Source of the DNA: Patescibacteria group bacterium | GTDB lineage: Bacteria; Patescibacteriota; Patescibacteriia; Patescibacteriales; UBA12465 | DNA: 64,000 nucleotides | Assembly (NCBI GenBank): GCA_041664445.1 | Contig: JBAYKT010000006.1 | Location: forward strand, 8,058 to 72,057 | Direction: 5' to 3' | In this document: positions 50,557 through 60,413 of the stretch, piece after piece | How positions within the stretch are numbered: position 1 is the first letter of the stretch | Layout: each line of letters starts with the position of its first letter | Made by a program: the position numbers and the translations under genes | Notes under the pieces: model-generated | What the model was told of the DNA's origin: nothing | What the model saw: the letters and a program-made list of their open reading frames with translations, nothing else | Database searches by the model: none

Positions 50557-53313
50557 TTATTTCCCATGACACTTTTTATATTTCTTGCCACTACCACAAG
50601 GGCAAGGATCATTGCGCCCGACTTTCTCGCCGCTTTCATCTTTAGTTTTTTCATGGACCAAATCAGCCGTATTGCGCGCTTCCGCCTGTTTATGCATTTC
50701 TTTCTGAGCGCCAGTAAATTCCAATTTGGCCGCTGGCTTATTGGCAAATAATTTTATAGCTTCATTCTCGACGGCGCGTTCGGCGGCCACCGCAAAAGCT
50801 TCACCAGCTTTGAAAATTGAATAAGCAACATCGCGGTTAATCAAGCCATTTAACTCTTGATACATTAAATAGGCTTCTTTTTTGTATTCCACGAGCGGGT
50901 CGCGTTGACCATAACCACGCAAACCAATGCCGCGGCGCAAATAGTCAACCGTTTCTAAATGTTCAACCCAAAAATTATCAATCGTTCTAATTAAAATTCC
51001 TTTTTCTATTTCCTTAAAATCAATTCCCGCGGCCGTAAACTTTTCAGTCATGGAGACATAACGGCTATCAATTTCTTTTTCCAAATAGGCGATAATTTCT
51101 TCCCGAATATTTTCAGCGCGGCCAGTTTGAGCAGCTAAGGCTAATAATTTTTCTTTAACTTCCTCGGAAGCGGCCATGATTGTTTTGACGGTTTCAGATA
51201 TTTCTTTGATGTTCCACTCGGAGACATGTTCAGCGGCGGTATGAAAAACAACAACATTTCGAAGCTCTTCTTTAATCATTGGAATAACTATCTCTGACAA
51301 AGTTTTAGGCGCGCCCTCTTCGGGCTTAACAATTCCTTCGCTTAAATCAATAATCTCGCGGCGGCGGCGATAGATTGCGGTTCGATGCTTGTTAATAACA
51401 TCATCATATTCCACTAAGTGTTTTCTAATATCAAAATTATTGCCTTCAACTTTTTTCTGAGCGCTTTCAATAGATTTAGAAATCATCTTATTTTCAATGG
51501 GCATGTCGGCCGGGACATTCAAAGTCTTCATTAAATTTTTCATCCGATCACCGCCAAAAATACGCATTAAATCATCGTCGGTAGAAACATAAAACTGAGA
51601 AGAACCAGGGTCGCCCTGGCGTCCGGCGCGTCCTCTTAACTGATTATCAATGCGACGCGATTCATGGCGTTCGGTACCAATAACATGTAATCCTCCCGCG
51701 GCTTGGACCGCTTCTTGTTCGGTTTTCTCTGGCGGATTACCGCCTAAAATAATATCAACGCCACGACCCGCCATATTAGTTGCCAAAGTAATTGAACCGC
51801 GACGCCCAGCTTGAGCAATAATTTCCGCTTCTCGTTGGTGGTTTTTAGCGTTTAACATTTGCGGTCTTAGTCCTTCGCGTTCCATCATCTCGGTCAAAAC
51901 TTCATTTTTTTCAATAGAAATAGTACCAATTAAAACCGGCTGACCTTTCTCACTTCGTTCTTTAACATCGCGAATGACAGCTTTAAACTTATCTTCTTCG
52001 GTACGATAAATTAAATCATTCAAATCTTTTCTGACATTCGGACGATTAGTCGGAATAACAATGGTTTCTAAATTATAAATTTTATGGAATTCTTCCGCTT
52101 CTGTCGCCGCAGTTCCGGTCATACCCGAGAGCTTGTGGTACATTCTAAATAGGTTTTGGAAAGTAATGGTCGCCATAGTCTGGGATTCTTTCTGAACCTT
52201 AACACCTTCCTTAGCTTCAATCGCTTGATGCAAACCTTCGCTATAGCGACGACCGGGCATCATGCGTCCGGTAAATTCATCAACAATAATTATTTCGCCG
52301 TCTTTAACAACATAGTCTTTGTCACGCTTGAACAGAACGCGCGCTTTTAGCGCTTGTTCCAAATGGTGGACTTCCTTAACACCGCCTTCAACATAAATAT
52401 TCCCCAAACCTAAAATCTTTTCTACTTTAGCGATACCGCCTTCGGTTAAAGTGGCAGCTTTCATTTTTTCATCAACATTATAATCATCATTTTCTTCCAG
52501 GCGTTCCACAATTTGCGCAAAGCGGGCATATTTTTCACCAGATTCTTCCGCGGGTGAGGAAATAATTAAAGGAGTGCGGGCTTCGTCGATTAAAATTGAA
52601 TCGATTTCATCGACAATGGCATAATGAAGCGGCCTTTGGACAGTTTGAGCAAGCGTATAAACCATGTTATCGCGCAAATAATCAAAACCAAATTCATTAT
52701 TGGTTCCATAAGTGATGTCGCAATAATAGGCATCACGACGCGGTACACGACGGAAATGCTGCAATCTTTCGTCGAACTGGCTCTCGTCAATATATTCTGG
52801 ATCGTAAAGATAGGCATTATCATGAACAATAACGCTAGTTGTTAATCCTAAAGCATGATAAACCGGGGCCATCCAGCCAGCGCCAACCCGCGCCAAATAA
52901 TCATTAACCGTAATTAAGTGCACCCCCTGACCTTCAAGGGCATTTAAATATAACGGTAAGGTAGCCACTAAAGTTTTTCCTTCACCAGTACGCATTTCCG
53001 CAATTTGACCGCGATGAAGCACGATACCACCGATAAGCTGAACATCATAATGTCTTTGGCTCAAAATTCTAACCGAAGCCTCCCGAACCGCCGCAAAAGC
53101 TTCAGGCAAAAGATCGTCTAAACTCGCACCTTTTTCTAGGCGCGCTTTAAAATCAGCCGTCTTGGATTTTAAATCCTCTGGACTTAAATTTTTATATTCC
53201 GCTTCCAGGCCATTAACCTTATCTACCAATGGTTTTAGGCCAGCGATTACCTTTTCGTTCGCATCTGGGAACAATTTACTGAAAATACTCATAATTTTTC
53301 TATTAATAACCAA
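50557..53313 (-). CDS. secA: preprotein translocase ATPase SecA
   Basis: MRTGEGKTLVATLP (Walker A), DEIDSILIDEARTPLIIS (DEAD-like) and the C-terminal zinc finger CPCGSGKKYKKCHG. The true start is probably the ATG at 53292 (MSIFSKLF). Confidence 0.95.
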   Translation of the reverse strand: MVINRKIMSIFSKLFPDANEKVIAGLKPLVDKVNGLEAEYKNLSPEDLKSKTADFKARLEKGASLDDLLPEAFAAVREASVRILSQRHYDVQLIGGIVLHRGQIAEMRTGEGKTLVATLPLYLNALEGQGVHLITVNDYLARVGAGWMAPVYHALGLTTSVIVHDNAYLYDPEYIDESQFDERLQHFRRVPRRDAYYCDITYGTNNEFGFDYLRDNMVYTLAQTVQRPLHYAIVDEIDSILIDEARTPLIISSPAEESGEKYARFAQIVERLEENDDYNVDEKMKAATLTEGGIAKVEKILGLGNIYVEGGVKEVHHLEQALKARVLFKRDKDYVVKDGEIIIVDEFTGRMMPGRRYSEGLHQAIEAKEGVKVQKESQTMATITFQNLFRMYHKLSGMTGTAATEAEEFHKIYNLETIVIPTNRPNVRKDLNDLIYRTEEDKFKAVIRDVKERSEKGQPVLIGTISIEKNEVLTEMMEREGLRPQMLNAKNHQREAEIIAQAGRRGSITLATNMAGRGVDIILGGNPPEKTEQEAVQAAGGLHVIGTERHESRRIDNQLRGRAGRQGDPGSSQFYVSTDDDLMRIFGGDRMKNLMKTLNVPADMPIENKMISKSIESAQKKVEGNNFDIRKHLVEYDDVINKHRTAIYRRRREIIDLSEGIVKPEEGAPKTLSEIVIPMIKEELRNVVVFHTAAEHVSEWNIKEISETVKTIMAASEEVKEKLLALAAQTGRAENIREEIIAYLEKEIDSRYVSMTEKFTAAGIDFKEIEKGILIRTIDNFWVEHLETVDYLRRGIGLRGYGQRDPLVEYKKEAYLMYQELNGLINRDVAYSIFKAGEAFAVAAERAVENEAIKLFANKPAAKLEFTGAQKEMHKQAEARNTADLVHEKTKDESGEKVGRNDPCPCGSGKKYKKCHGK

Positions 53314-53399
53314 AAAATTGCCGCTAAAACGGCTTTCTATTCAATTCCAGTATAATACGAATGTTTAATAAAATAAATATTGACAAAAAAGTATAAAAA

Positions 53400-53429
53400 T
53401 TATAAAAGCCGCCTTTCTTATGGCGGCTC
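53400..53429 (-). terminator. intrinsic terminator after nrdB
   Basis: AGCCGCC / GGCGGCT stem, followed on the minus strand by ttttataattttt. Confidence 0.7.
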
Positions 53430-53462
53430 TTAAGTGCTAAAAATATTAGTTTTTATTACTAA

Positions 53463-54443
53463 TTATTTATGCGCCCGGTTATCTACTTCATACTTAGTAT
53501 TCTGGGCTTCAAAAAAGTTAACCAGTTCCAAGGTGTCGGTCTCCGTAGCCATCCATTGGGCTGGATTAACAGTGTTGAAGTGCGGTTCGAAGCCCAATTC
53601 TTCCAAGCGCCGATCGGCGACATACTCGACATACTGATTCACATAGTCGGCGTTGATGCCTAAAATTCCCCGGGGAAATAAATCACGGTTATAGGCGGTC
53701 TCCAAATTAACGCCATCAATGACAATATTTTTTATTTCTTCCGCAAATTCCGCAGTCGCAATCTCCGGATTTTCTTCCAAGATTGTTAAAATCAAATTAA
53801 TGCCAAATTTCAAATGCAAACTTTCATCGCGCACCACCCAGTCAATCATGGAGCCAAAATTTTTAAGCTTTTGCTTCTGACGAAAACTTAAAGCAACCAT
53901 AAAGCCGGAATAGAACCAAGTGCCCTCCATCACAATATTATAAGCTACTAAATTACGAACAAATTCCCGCTTCCCCTCCAAGCTTTCAATATCCAAAGTT
54001 GTGTCGCTCATCCGATTTAAAAATCGGGCGATAAAATCTTCTTTCGCTTTAATAGAAGGAATTTCTAAATGCTGAGCAAAAATCTTTTCTTTATCCAGCG
54101 GAAAAGTTTCTAAAACATACTCAAAGGCTACGCAATGGTTAGCTTCCTCCCACATTTGCTTCGCCAAATATAAATGAGCTTCCGGCGCTTTTAAATAAGG
54201 ATAGACGCCGAGCGCGAGCGTGCGGTTAACAATCAGCTCGCCGGGATTGAAAAAGCTCATCAAAAAACTAACGGCCTGTTTTTCATCCTCATCCATCTTG
54301 CGCCAATCATCCAAATCTTCTCCGAGCGCGATTTCGTGCGGGAACCAAGTATTGGCGACCGCTTGATTATATAAATCATAAGCCCACTGATATTTTATGG
54401 GGCGCAGATTCATATCTTCATTTAAGGGTTTTCCTAATATCAT
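53463..54443 (-). CDS. nrdB: class I ribonucleotide reductase small subunit with a class Ic-like signature
   Basis: Ferritin-like ligand motifs: FFNPGELIVN (E69), EEANH (E100, H103), MEGTWFYSGF and RDESLH. Position H+4 is Phe (HCVAF). A C-terminal Tyr is present in KYEVD. Confidence 0.9.
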   Translation of the reverse strand: MILGKPLNEDMNLRPIKYQWAYDLYNQAVANTWFPHEIALGEDLDDWRKMDEDEKQAVSFLMSFFNPGELIVNRTLALGVYPYLKAPEAHLYLAKQMWEEANHCVAFEYVLETFPLDKEKIFAQHLEIPSIKAKEDFIARFLNRMSDTTLDIESLEGKREFVRNLVAYNIVMEGTWFYSGFMVALSFRQKQKLKNFGSMIDWVVRDESLHLKFGINLILTILEENPEIATAEFAEEIKNIVIDGVNLETAYNRDLFPRGILGINADYVNQYVEYVADRRLEELGFEPHFNTVNPAQWMATETDTLELVNFFEAQNTKYEVDNRAHK

Positions 54444-54460
54444 ATAATTTTATATTTAAT

Positions 54461-56992
54461 TTATTGACAACTATCACACTGGGCGCGCTCCTGAGGATCG
54501 GTTGGGCAAGCTTTAAACTGAACCGGTTCTTCAACTTTAGCTTCCACCGGGACAGCTGCTGTTTCTAATTCCGCACTGGTGGCCACAACTGTGGCACCAA
54601 AACCAGCTTTCTTGGCAACGGCTCCAAACCCAGTCTTACCGATAGCCGTTGATTTGTTAACGGCAATCGTTGATTGCTCGGCGCTATGGCGCGGTTTCAT
54701 GTGAAGATAATAAGTGGTCTTCAAGCCCTTCTCCCAAGCTTTAATGTAAACATTCATGACTTCATCAATTTCTCTAGTCGCTAAATACATATTGCGACTG
54801 ATTGCCTGGTCCACCCATTTCTGAGCACGTGAAGCAACTTCGACAAAGGCTTGCGGGTCCACCGAAAAAGAATCTTTATAAATATGTTTGATATTTTCCG
54901 GAATATAATCTAAGCCGCTGATATCTCCATAAGAAGCGAGAATATCTTCGCGCGCTTTTTCCCAAAGTCCCAATTTTTTTAATTTATTAACCAGATTAAC
55001 ATTTAATTCCAAATGCTTGCCGCCAAGAGTGTTGCGGCTAAAAATTTGGGCGAAGCGCGGATCAATGCCGGTGGAAGTTCCAGCGACGAGTCCAATATTG
55101 GCTGTCGGGGCAATCGCCATCAAAGTTGAATTGCGCATTCCTTGTTTAACTTTGAGACGTAATTTATCCCAGTCCAATCTAAAGGAGACATTAATTTCAG
55201 ATTTCTCGCCGATATCGCGCCCATTTTCTAAAACCTTAACCGTATCTAGCGGCACAAAACCTTTAGACCAGCGGGAGCCATAAAAATTATCATAAGCGCC
55301 GCGCTCTTGCGCTAAATCGGCGCTAGCATCAATTGCTTGATAACTGATAAATTCCATAACAGCATCACTGAGTTCATAAGCCTCGGCCGAGTCATAAGCG
55401 ATATCAAATTTTTCAAACATATCCGCGAGCCCCATGACGCCTAAACCAACTGCTCGATTATGACTGTCGAAATTACGCGCTTCAATAATTGGCGGCTCAT
55501 TAATATCAACCAAATTATCTAATTGACGAACGGCTAAGCGCACACTTTTCTCCAATTCCTGCCAATCAATGTTAAATTTCCCGTTATCTTCTTTTAAGTG
55601 ACGCACTAAATTAATAGACGCTAAATTACAAACAGCGACATTATCCTTATTAGTCGGCAAAGTTATTTCCGTGCATAAATTAGAGCCGTAAATCGTGCCG
55701 GTATTATTGTTTAAGGCGCGAACGTTAATTGTGTCTTTAAAGGTTATCCAGGGATGAGCCGAGGCTTGCAGAGAAACTATCATTTGGCGGAATTGATCCA
55801 AGGCCTTAACTTTTTTAAAGACGCGCATTTCGCCTTGTTCGGCTAAATGACAATATTTTTGATAACGAACACTAAAATCTTCGCCATATAAATCAATCAA
55901 ATCCGGAGTTTCTTGCGGGTCAAATAAATACCAGTAATCATCATTTTTAACCCGCATCATAAATTCATCGGACAAATAAACGGCGGTATTGGCGGTCCGA
56001 GTACGACGATAATCATCACCGGCGTTCTGTTTTAAATCTAAATATTCCTGAAAATCGAAATGCCAATTCTCCATATAAAAACAGAGGGCGCCCATTTTCT
56101 TACCGGCGCGGGAAATTGCGCGGATAGCGGAATCAATAATATGTAAGAAAGGAACAGGGCCGGAAGAGAAAGTATTGTTGGTAGAAATCGGCGAGCCACT
56201 GGCGCGCAGTTTGGTGACGGCCAGCCCGATACCGCCCGTCGCTTTGGATAATTTTAAAACATCGGAAACGGTTTTGCCGATATGATCGACGTTATCTTCC
56301 ATCTCCATGATAAAACAATTGCTCAGGCGTGGCGAACGAGCGCCAGCATTAACATTGGTTGAACCGCCGGAGATATAATAAAGCTTGGACATGCGGTCAT
56401 AAAAATCCGCCGCCACTTTATCCGGCTCCTCCTCATTCCAAGACAAACCCATCGCCACCCGCAACCAAAAATATTGCGGCACCTCAGTCAGTTTTTGTTT
56501 TTCATCGCGCATCATATAGCGTCGCGACAGCGTTTCAATGCCGGCGTAAGTAAATAATTCATCGCGAGACGAGTCCAAAAGTGCAACCAATTTATCCAAA
56601 TCAAATCTTTGTAATTTTGAAGATAGCCAACCCTTATCAATACCGGCGCGTAATTCTTTCTTTAAGCCGGAGCGATAAATTTCCGAAAAATTGTCGTCAT
56701 TAGAGTCAACTCCCAAAACTTCCCAATAAATACCTTTTAAAAATAAGGCGGCGGCTAACTTATCATAATTAGGGTCATCTTTAATATGCTGTGCCGCTGA
56801 TTGCGTCAAAGCTTTATCAACTTCGCGCTCCGGCATGTTTTCGTAAAGAGTTTGCCAAGCTTCAGCCGCGACCGCTTTTATTTTTTCCGCGCCCAATCCT
56901 GATTTTTGGCCGGCGGCGACCAATTTATTTTCTAAATCCGGTAAAGATAACTCCCGGGTTTCGCCTCCATACGAGACAATCTTCTTAAGCAT
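54461..56992 (-). CDS. nrdA: class I ribonucleotide reductase large subunit
   Basis: Active-site contexts SNCFI, NLCTEI and PTANIGL, plus the C-terminal redox Cys pair (C...CDSCQ). The N-terminal ~90 aa is ATP-cone-like but divergent. Confidence 0.9.
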   Translation of the reverse strand: MLKKIVSYGGETRELSLPDLENKLVAAGQKSGLGAEKIKAVAAEAWQTLYENMPEREVDKALTQSAAQHIKDDPNYDKLAAALFLKGIYWEVLGVDSNDDNFSEIYRSGLKKELRAGIDKGWLSSKLQRFDLDKLVALLDSSRDELFTYAGIETLSRRYMMRDEKQKLTEVPQYFWLRVAMGLSWNEEEPDKVAADFYDRMSKLYYISGGSTNVNAGARSPRLSNCFIMEMEDNVDHIGKTVSDVLKLSKATGGIGLAVTKLRASGSPISTNNTFSSGPVPFLHIIDSAIRAISRAGKKMGALCFYMENWHFDFQEYLDLKQNAGDDYRRTRTANTAVYLSDEFMMRVKNDDYWYLFDPQETPDLIDLYGEDFSVRYQKYCHLAEQGEMRVFKKVKALDQFRQMIVSLQASAHPWITFKDTINVRALNNNTGTIYGSNLCTEITLPTNKDNVAVCNLASINLVRHLKEDNGKFNIDWQELEKSVRLAVRQLDNLVDINEPPIIEARNFDSHNRAVGLGVMGLADMFEKFDIAYDSAEAYELSDAVMEFISYQAIDASADLAQERGAYDNFYGSRWSKGFVPLDTVKVLENGRDIGEKSEINVSFRLDWDKLRLKVKQGMRNSTLMAIAPTANIGLVAGTSTGIDPRFAQIFSRNTLGGKHLELNVNLVNKLKKLGLWEKAREDILASYGDISGLDYIPENIKHIYKDSFSVDPQAFVEVASRAQKWVDQAISRNMYLATREIDEVMNVYIKAWEKGLKTTYYLHMKPRHSAEQSTIAVNKSTAIGKTGFGAVAKKAGFGATVVATSAELETAAVPVEAKVEEPVQFKACPTDPQERAQCDSCQ

Positions 56993-57060
56993 ACTTGTAT
57001 AAGAGTAAAATTTATTAATTTCCCGATTCTGGTGCTTATGTTGTGGTCGGGATATAAGTT

Positions 57061-57086
57061 ATTATACCATATATAGTATTTGCCAA
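57061..57086 (-). promoter_or_regulatory. candidate nrdAB promoter (extended -10 TGgTATAAT) overlapped by an NrdR-box-like 16-bp palindrome
   Basis: The minus strand reads TTGGCA (57086-57081), 14 nt, then TGG TATAAT (57069-57061). The palindrome ATACTATATATGGTAT (57079-57064) is self-complementary at 14 of 16 positions. It matches the recalled NrdR-box consensus acaCwAtATaTwGtgt at 13 of 16. Confidence 0.45.
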
Positions 57087-57104
57087 CAATAGCTAAAACC
57101 CCAA

Positions 57105-57141
57105 TAAAAAAGCCCGAAAACTAAATTTCGGACTTTTTTTA
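57105..57141. terminator. intrinsic terminator after hpf (A-run and T-run flanks, potentially bidirectional)
   Basis: CCGAAA / TTTCGG stem (57114-57119 / 57126-57131), flanked by aaaaaaa upstream and ttttttt downstream. Confidence 0.6.
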
Positions 57142-57197
57142 TCGCTAACTAATAGTAAAATTATTCTAGTTATCCACAGCTAATCCTCAGAAAAAAT

Positions 57198-57524
57198 CTA
57201 TTTCCCCCGCTTCTTATCAATCAGCTTTTCTTTATACTTTTTAATAATCAGTTCTAAGTGGTCTTTAACCTTATCAATTGCTTTATACAAATCACTTTCA
57301 GTCTTCTCTACCCTTAGAATTTCATTAGGCACTTCTAAATTAACCTCGGCGCGAAAAATGTCGCCCTTATGTTGTCCGCCGACCGTCTTAGCAACTTCAA
57401 AATCACAATTAATGACTTTCACCTTGGTGCCTAAATATTTTTCCACCGCGTCCATCTTGTTTTCAATATACTGCTTAATAGCGTCAGTCATTTCTAAGCG
57501 CGTAGCTTTAATTTTGATTTTCAT
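57198..57524 (-). CDS. hpf: ribosome hibernation factor, short HPF/RaiA type
   Basis: MKIKIKATRLEMTDAIKQYIENKMDAVEKYL is a typical HPF/YfiA N-terminus. 108 aa, with no long-HPF dimerisation domain. Confidence 0.85.
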   Translation of the reverse strand: MKIKIKATRLEMTDAIKQYIENKMDAVEKYLGTKVKVINCDFEVAKTVGGQHKGDIFRAEVNLEVPNEILRVEKTESDLYKAIDKVKDHLELIIKKYKEKLIDKKRGK

Positions 57525-57543
57525 ATATTTAACAAGTTAATTA

Positions 57544-58713
57544 TTAGAACAATTTAACAATATCTTTGTAGGTGATAAAAATAATCAGAACAATCAACAA
57601 CATGAAGCCGATATTATGAATAATTGCCTCCACGTCCCGACGAACCGGCTTGCCCTTAATTCTCTCAATCAACAAGAAGAAAATGCGACCGCCGTCTAAA
57701 GCCGGGAAAGGTAAAATATTAATCACGGCCAAATTAAGTGATAATAAAGCGGTTAATTGTAATAAATAAATAATACCTAAACGCGCAGCTTGACCGGTAA
57801 TATTAGCAATTCCAACAGGCCCAGCAAAATCAGCCGCTACCGATTGGCCATGGAATAAGCTGCCAATTAAATTACCGAAGGCGACAAAAATTTCTTTAAG
57901 CGTCCAAATAGTTGTTTTGGCTCCCTCCCAAATAGCATTGAAAAATGGATAGCGAACGGTCCCAGCAGCCATAATACTGACACCAATAGCCGCTCGGCCC
58001 TCAGCGCCGCTCAAATTGGCGGCCGGAGTTACCTTTAACGTCTTATCTTCGCCATTATTACTGACAATGACTTCTGTTTCTTGATCGCCGCGAGTACCAA
58101 TAATTTTTTGAACATCAATTTCAGTAGCGACCGCCTCCCCATTTATTCGAGAAATTAAATCGCCCGCCTTGAGCCCGGCACTTTCCGCTGGTGAGCCCGG
58201 CAAAACATCAATTACCGCTACCCGTTGTTCGGAAATTATTGCTTTTGATCCCAACTCAGCCGTTGCTTGCGGCAAGCCCATCATATAACCGATGGAAAAA
58301 ATCACCCAAGCCAGGAGAATATTCATAATCACGCCGGCCGCTAAAATTATTACCCTTTTCCAAATCTTTTTCGCAGCAAAGCTATCGGGGTCATTTTCAC
58401 CGTCTCCATTTTCACCTTTAATTTTAACGAAACCGCCGATTGGCAACCAATTAAGAGAATAAATTGTGGAGCCAAGCGCCGGAATTTTTTTAGTATCCGT
58501 ACTTTGTTCCAAACTTTCATAAGTCTTACTTCCAACCACGCGCTGCCATTTACCATTTTTGTTCTTATAAAAACCGATGGCCCGCGGCGGGAACCCGAAA
58601 CCAAATTCATCAGCTCTAACTCCCAAACGTCGAGCGGTCATAAAATGACCGAGTTCATGCACGAAAATTAAAACTGACAAAACCAAAATAAATATAATAA
58701 TTGTTAAAAACAT
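57544..58713 (-). CDS. rseP: RIP metalloprotease RseP (M50 with PDZ domain)
   Basis: VHELGHFMTARRLGV (HExxH), a PDZ-like segment PGSPAESAGLKAGDLISRING, and NILPFPALDGG. Confidence 0.85.
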   Translation of the reverse strand: MFLTIIIFILVLSVLIFVHELGHFMTARRLGVRADEFGFGFPPRAIGFYKNKNGKWQRVVGSKTYESLEQSTDTKKIPALGSTIYSLNWLPIGGFVKIKGENGDGENDPDSFAAKKIWKRVIILAAGVIMNILLAWVIFSIGYMMGLPQATAELGSKAIISEQRVAVIDVLPGSPAESAGLKAGDLISRINGEAVATEIDVQKIIGTRGDQETEVIVSNNGEDKTLKVTPAANLSGAEGRAAIGVSIMAAGTVRYPFFNAIWEGAKTTIWTLKEIFVAFGNLIGSLFHGQSVAADFAGPVGIANITGQAARLGIIYLLQLTALLSLNLAVINILPFPALDGGRIFFLLIERIKGKPVRRDVEAIIHNIGFMLLIVLIIFITYKDIVKLF

Positions 58714-58732
58714 TTGTAGTGTTGGTTAATTC

Positions 58733-59287
58733 TTAAATTTCCATGATGTCCTTTTCCTTGCGGTCACGGACATCCTTTAATTCCTCGTTCTTACGCGCCG
58801 AAAATTCGTCCAATTCTTTAATGAAACGAAATTTATCATCCTCGCTCATTTCTTTGTCATCATAAACTTTTTCAATCGTGCTCTTGATTGCTTCGCGAAC
58901 TTGGCGCAAAATAATTCTGGTTTTTTCCATTTTTTCATTAAGTTTCTTGACCAAATCTTTACGATTCTCTTCGGTTAAGGCCGGAACAGTTAAGCGAATT
59001 TTGTCGCCCTCATTAACAACTCCCAAACCTAAACCAGCGTCCACAATCGCTTTTTCAATATTTTTCAAAACCCCCTTATCCCAAGCGGCGATTAAAATAT
59101 TGCGCGCGTCAGAAACAGCGATGTTGGCAACAGTATTAAGCGGATTCATAACCCCGTAAGCTTCAACCTGGATGCCGTCTAAAACTGCCGGATTGGCGCG
59201 GCCCGTTCGAAGAGTCGCAATTTCTTTTTTGAAAAAATCAATCGCGTTAGAAAAATCTCCTTGTTTGTCTGCTAAATATTGATTCAT
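58733..59287 (-). CDS. frr: ribosome recycling factor
   Basis: LRTGRANPAVLDGIQVEAYG...PLNTVANI and a C-terminal coiled coil. Canonical Frr. Confidence 0.95.
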   Translation of the reverse strand: MNQYLADKQGDFSNAIDFFKKEIATLRTGRANPAVLDGIQVEAYGVMNPLNTVANIAVSDARNILIAAWDKGVLKNIEKAIVDAGLGLGVVNEGDKIRLTVPALTEENRKDLVKKLNEKMEKTRIILRQVREAIKSTIEKVYDDKEMSEDDKFRFIKELDEFSARKNEELKDVRDRKEKDIMEI

Positions 59288-59294
59288 ATATTTT

Positions 59295-60407
59295 TTATTT
59301 TAATTTTATGGTACCTAGATAAATATTTTTAGGATTATTGAAATCAATTAATAAATTACGGCCCGCGCGCGTGGTCGGCAACTTCTTGGTCGCCCAAGTG
59401 ACGCCACCATCTGAAGAACTAAAGAAGGTGGTATTGGTGACATAATATAATTCATTCGAATTTTTCGGATTTACCGCCAAGGCGTTAACCGTTGCTGCTT
59501 TATCAGGCTGAATTAGCTTTATCTGTTCCCAAGTGATGCCATTGTCCGGAGAACGCAAAATCGTTTGGTTGGTCGCGATAAACATCTTACCATCAGCCGC
59601 ACAAACCACAAAATCCTTAAATGAAGAACCGAGATTATAATCTTTTAAAACAGTGTTTAAGTCGTTCCAGTTAACTACCATAAAATTCTGGTCAATATTG
59701 CCGGAATCGGCAGCATTGGTCGCACTATTGGAGGTGAAGCTATAAATTTTATTTTTAGCCGAGGCGACAAATATTAAGCGACTATCTAAAGGCGAAATAA
59801 TCAAGCGAGAAACACCTTCCTCTAAACGGCGAATTGTTCGCCATGAAGCCCCACTATCGATACTTTTAATAATCTCGCCGCGAGAAGTACCGATATAAAT
59901 ATTTTTAGTATTATAAAAATCAACCACAATCGCGTTCACGCTGACGGCCGGATCGGTATCAAAATAAACCTGATCCCAAGTACGAGCACAATCACTGGAA
60001 CGATATAGGCGATTAGCAATTGCCGCATAGATAACGCATTTACTCTTCGGGTCGACTTTAACGTCATTAATTGTCGCTTCCGGTAGATTTTTAACCTTAA
60101 TCCAGCCGGTATTAAGAACGTTATAAGTATAATATAGGCCGTGCTCATAAGTTGCCAAATAAACCGCTAAATTATCCGCCGGATCCATGGTCATCGTATT
60201 AACATTCAACGATTTTATATCTTGGGCCTGGCCAGTAGTAGCCAAGGCTGCGGCTGTACGCCAAGTACTACCGCCATCGGTTGAAAGGAAAACGCTGCTA
60301 TCCTGAGTGGCGCTATTATTAGAGGAGTTAGTGGAAATTGAGCAAGCAGATAAAGAGAATCCCAATAAAACTAGAGCGATGCCGAGAATAACTTTTTTGT
60401 GCTTCAT
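59295..60407 (-). CDS. lipoprotein with BNR/Asp-box repeats (Ycf48-like / sortilin-type beta-propeller)
   Basis: Lipobox LSAC after the signal peptide. Asp-box motifs STDGGSTWR, SIDSGASWR, SPDNGITWE and SSDGGVTWA are spaced through the protein. Confidence 0.7.
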   Translation of the reverse strand: MKHKKVILGIALVLLGFSLSACSISTNSSNNSATQDSSVFLSTDGGSTWRTAAALATTGQAQDIKSLNVNTMTMDPADNLAVYLATYEHGLYYTYNVLNTGWIKVKNLPEATINDVKVDPKSKCVIYAAIANRLYRSSDCARTWDQVYFDTDPAVSVNAIVVDFYNTKNIYIGTSRGEIIKSIDSGASWRTIRRLEEGVSRLIISPLDSRLIFVASAKNKIYSFTSNSATNAADSGNIDQNFMVVNWNDLNTVLKDYNLGSSFKDFVVCAADGKMFIATNQTILRSPDNGITWEQIKLIQPDKAATVNALAVNPKNSNELYYVTNTTFFSSSDGGVTWATKKLPTTRAGRNLLIDFNNPKNIYLGTIKLK

Positions 60408-60413
60408 ATATTT

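Noticed and set aside
53370-53400. Plus-strand TTGACA...TATAAA promoter-like hexamers between secA and nrdB
   Set aside because: The spacing is about 15 nt. There is no plus-strand gene to transcribe, only an antisense shadow ORF at 53434-53637. This is likely a chance match in AT-rich DNA.
57030-57110. A second NrdR box paired with the palindrome at 57064-57079
   Set aside because: I searched about 31-32 bp (and 21 or 42 bp) either side and found no comparable palindrome. The regulatory call is therefore kept at low confidence.
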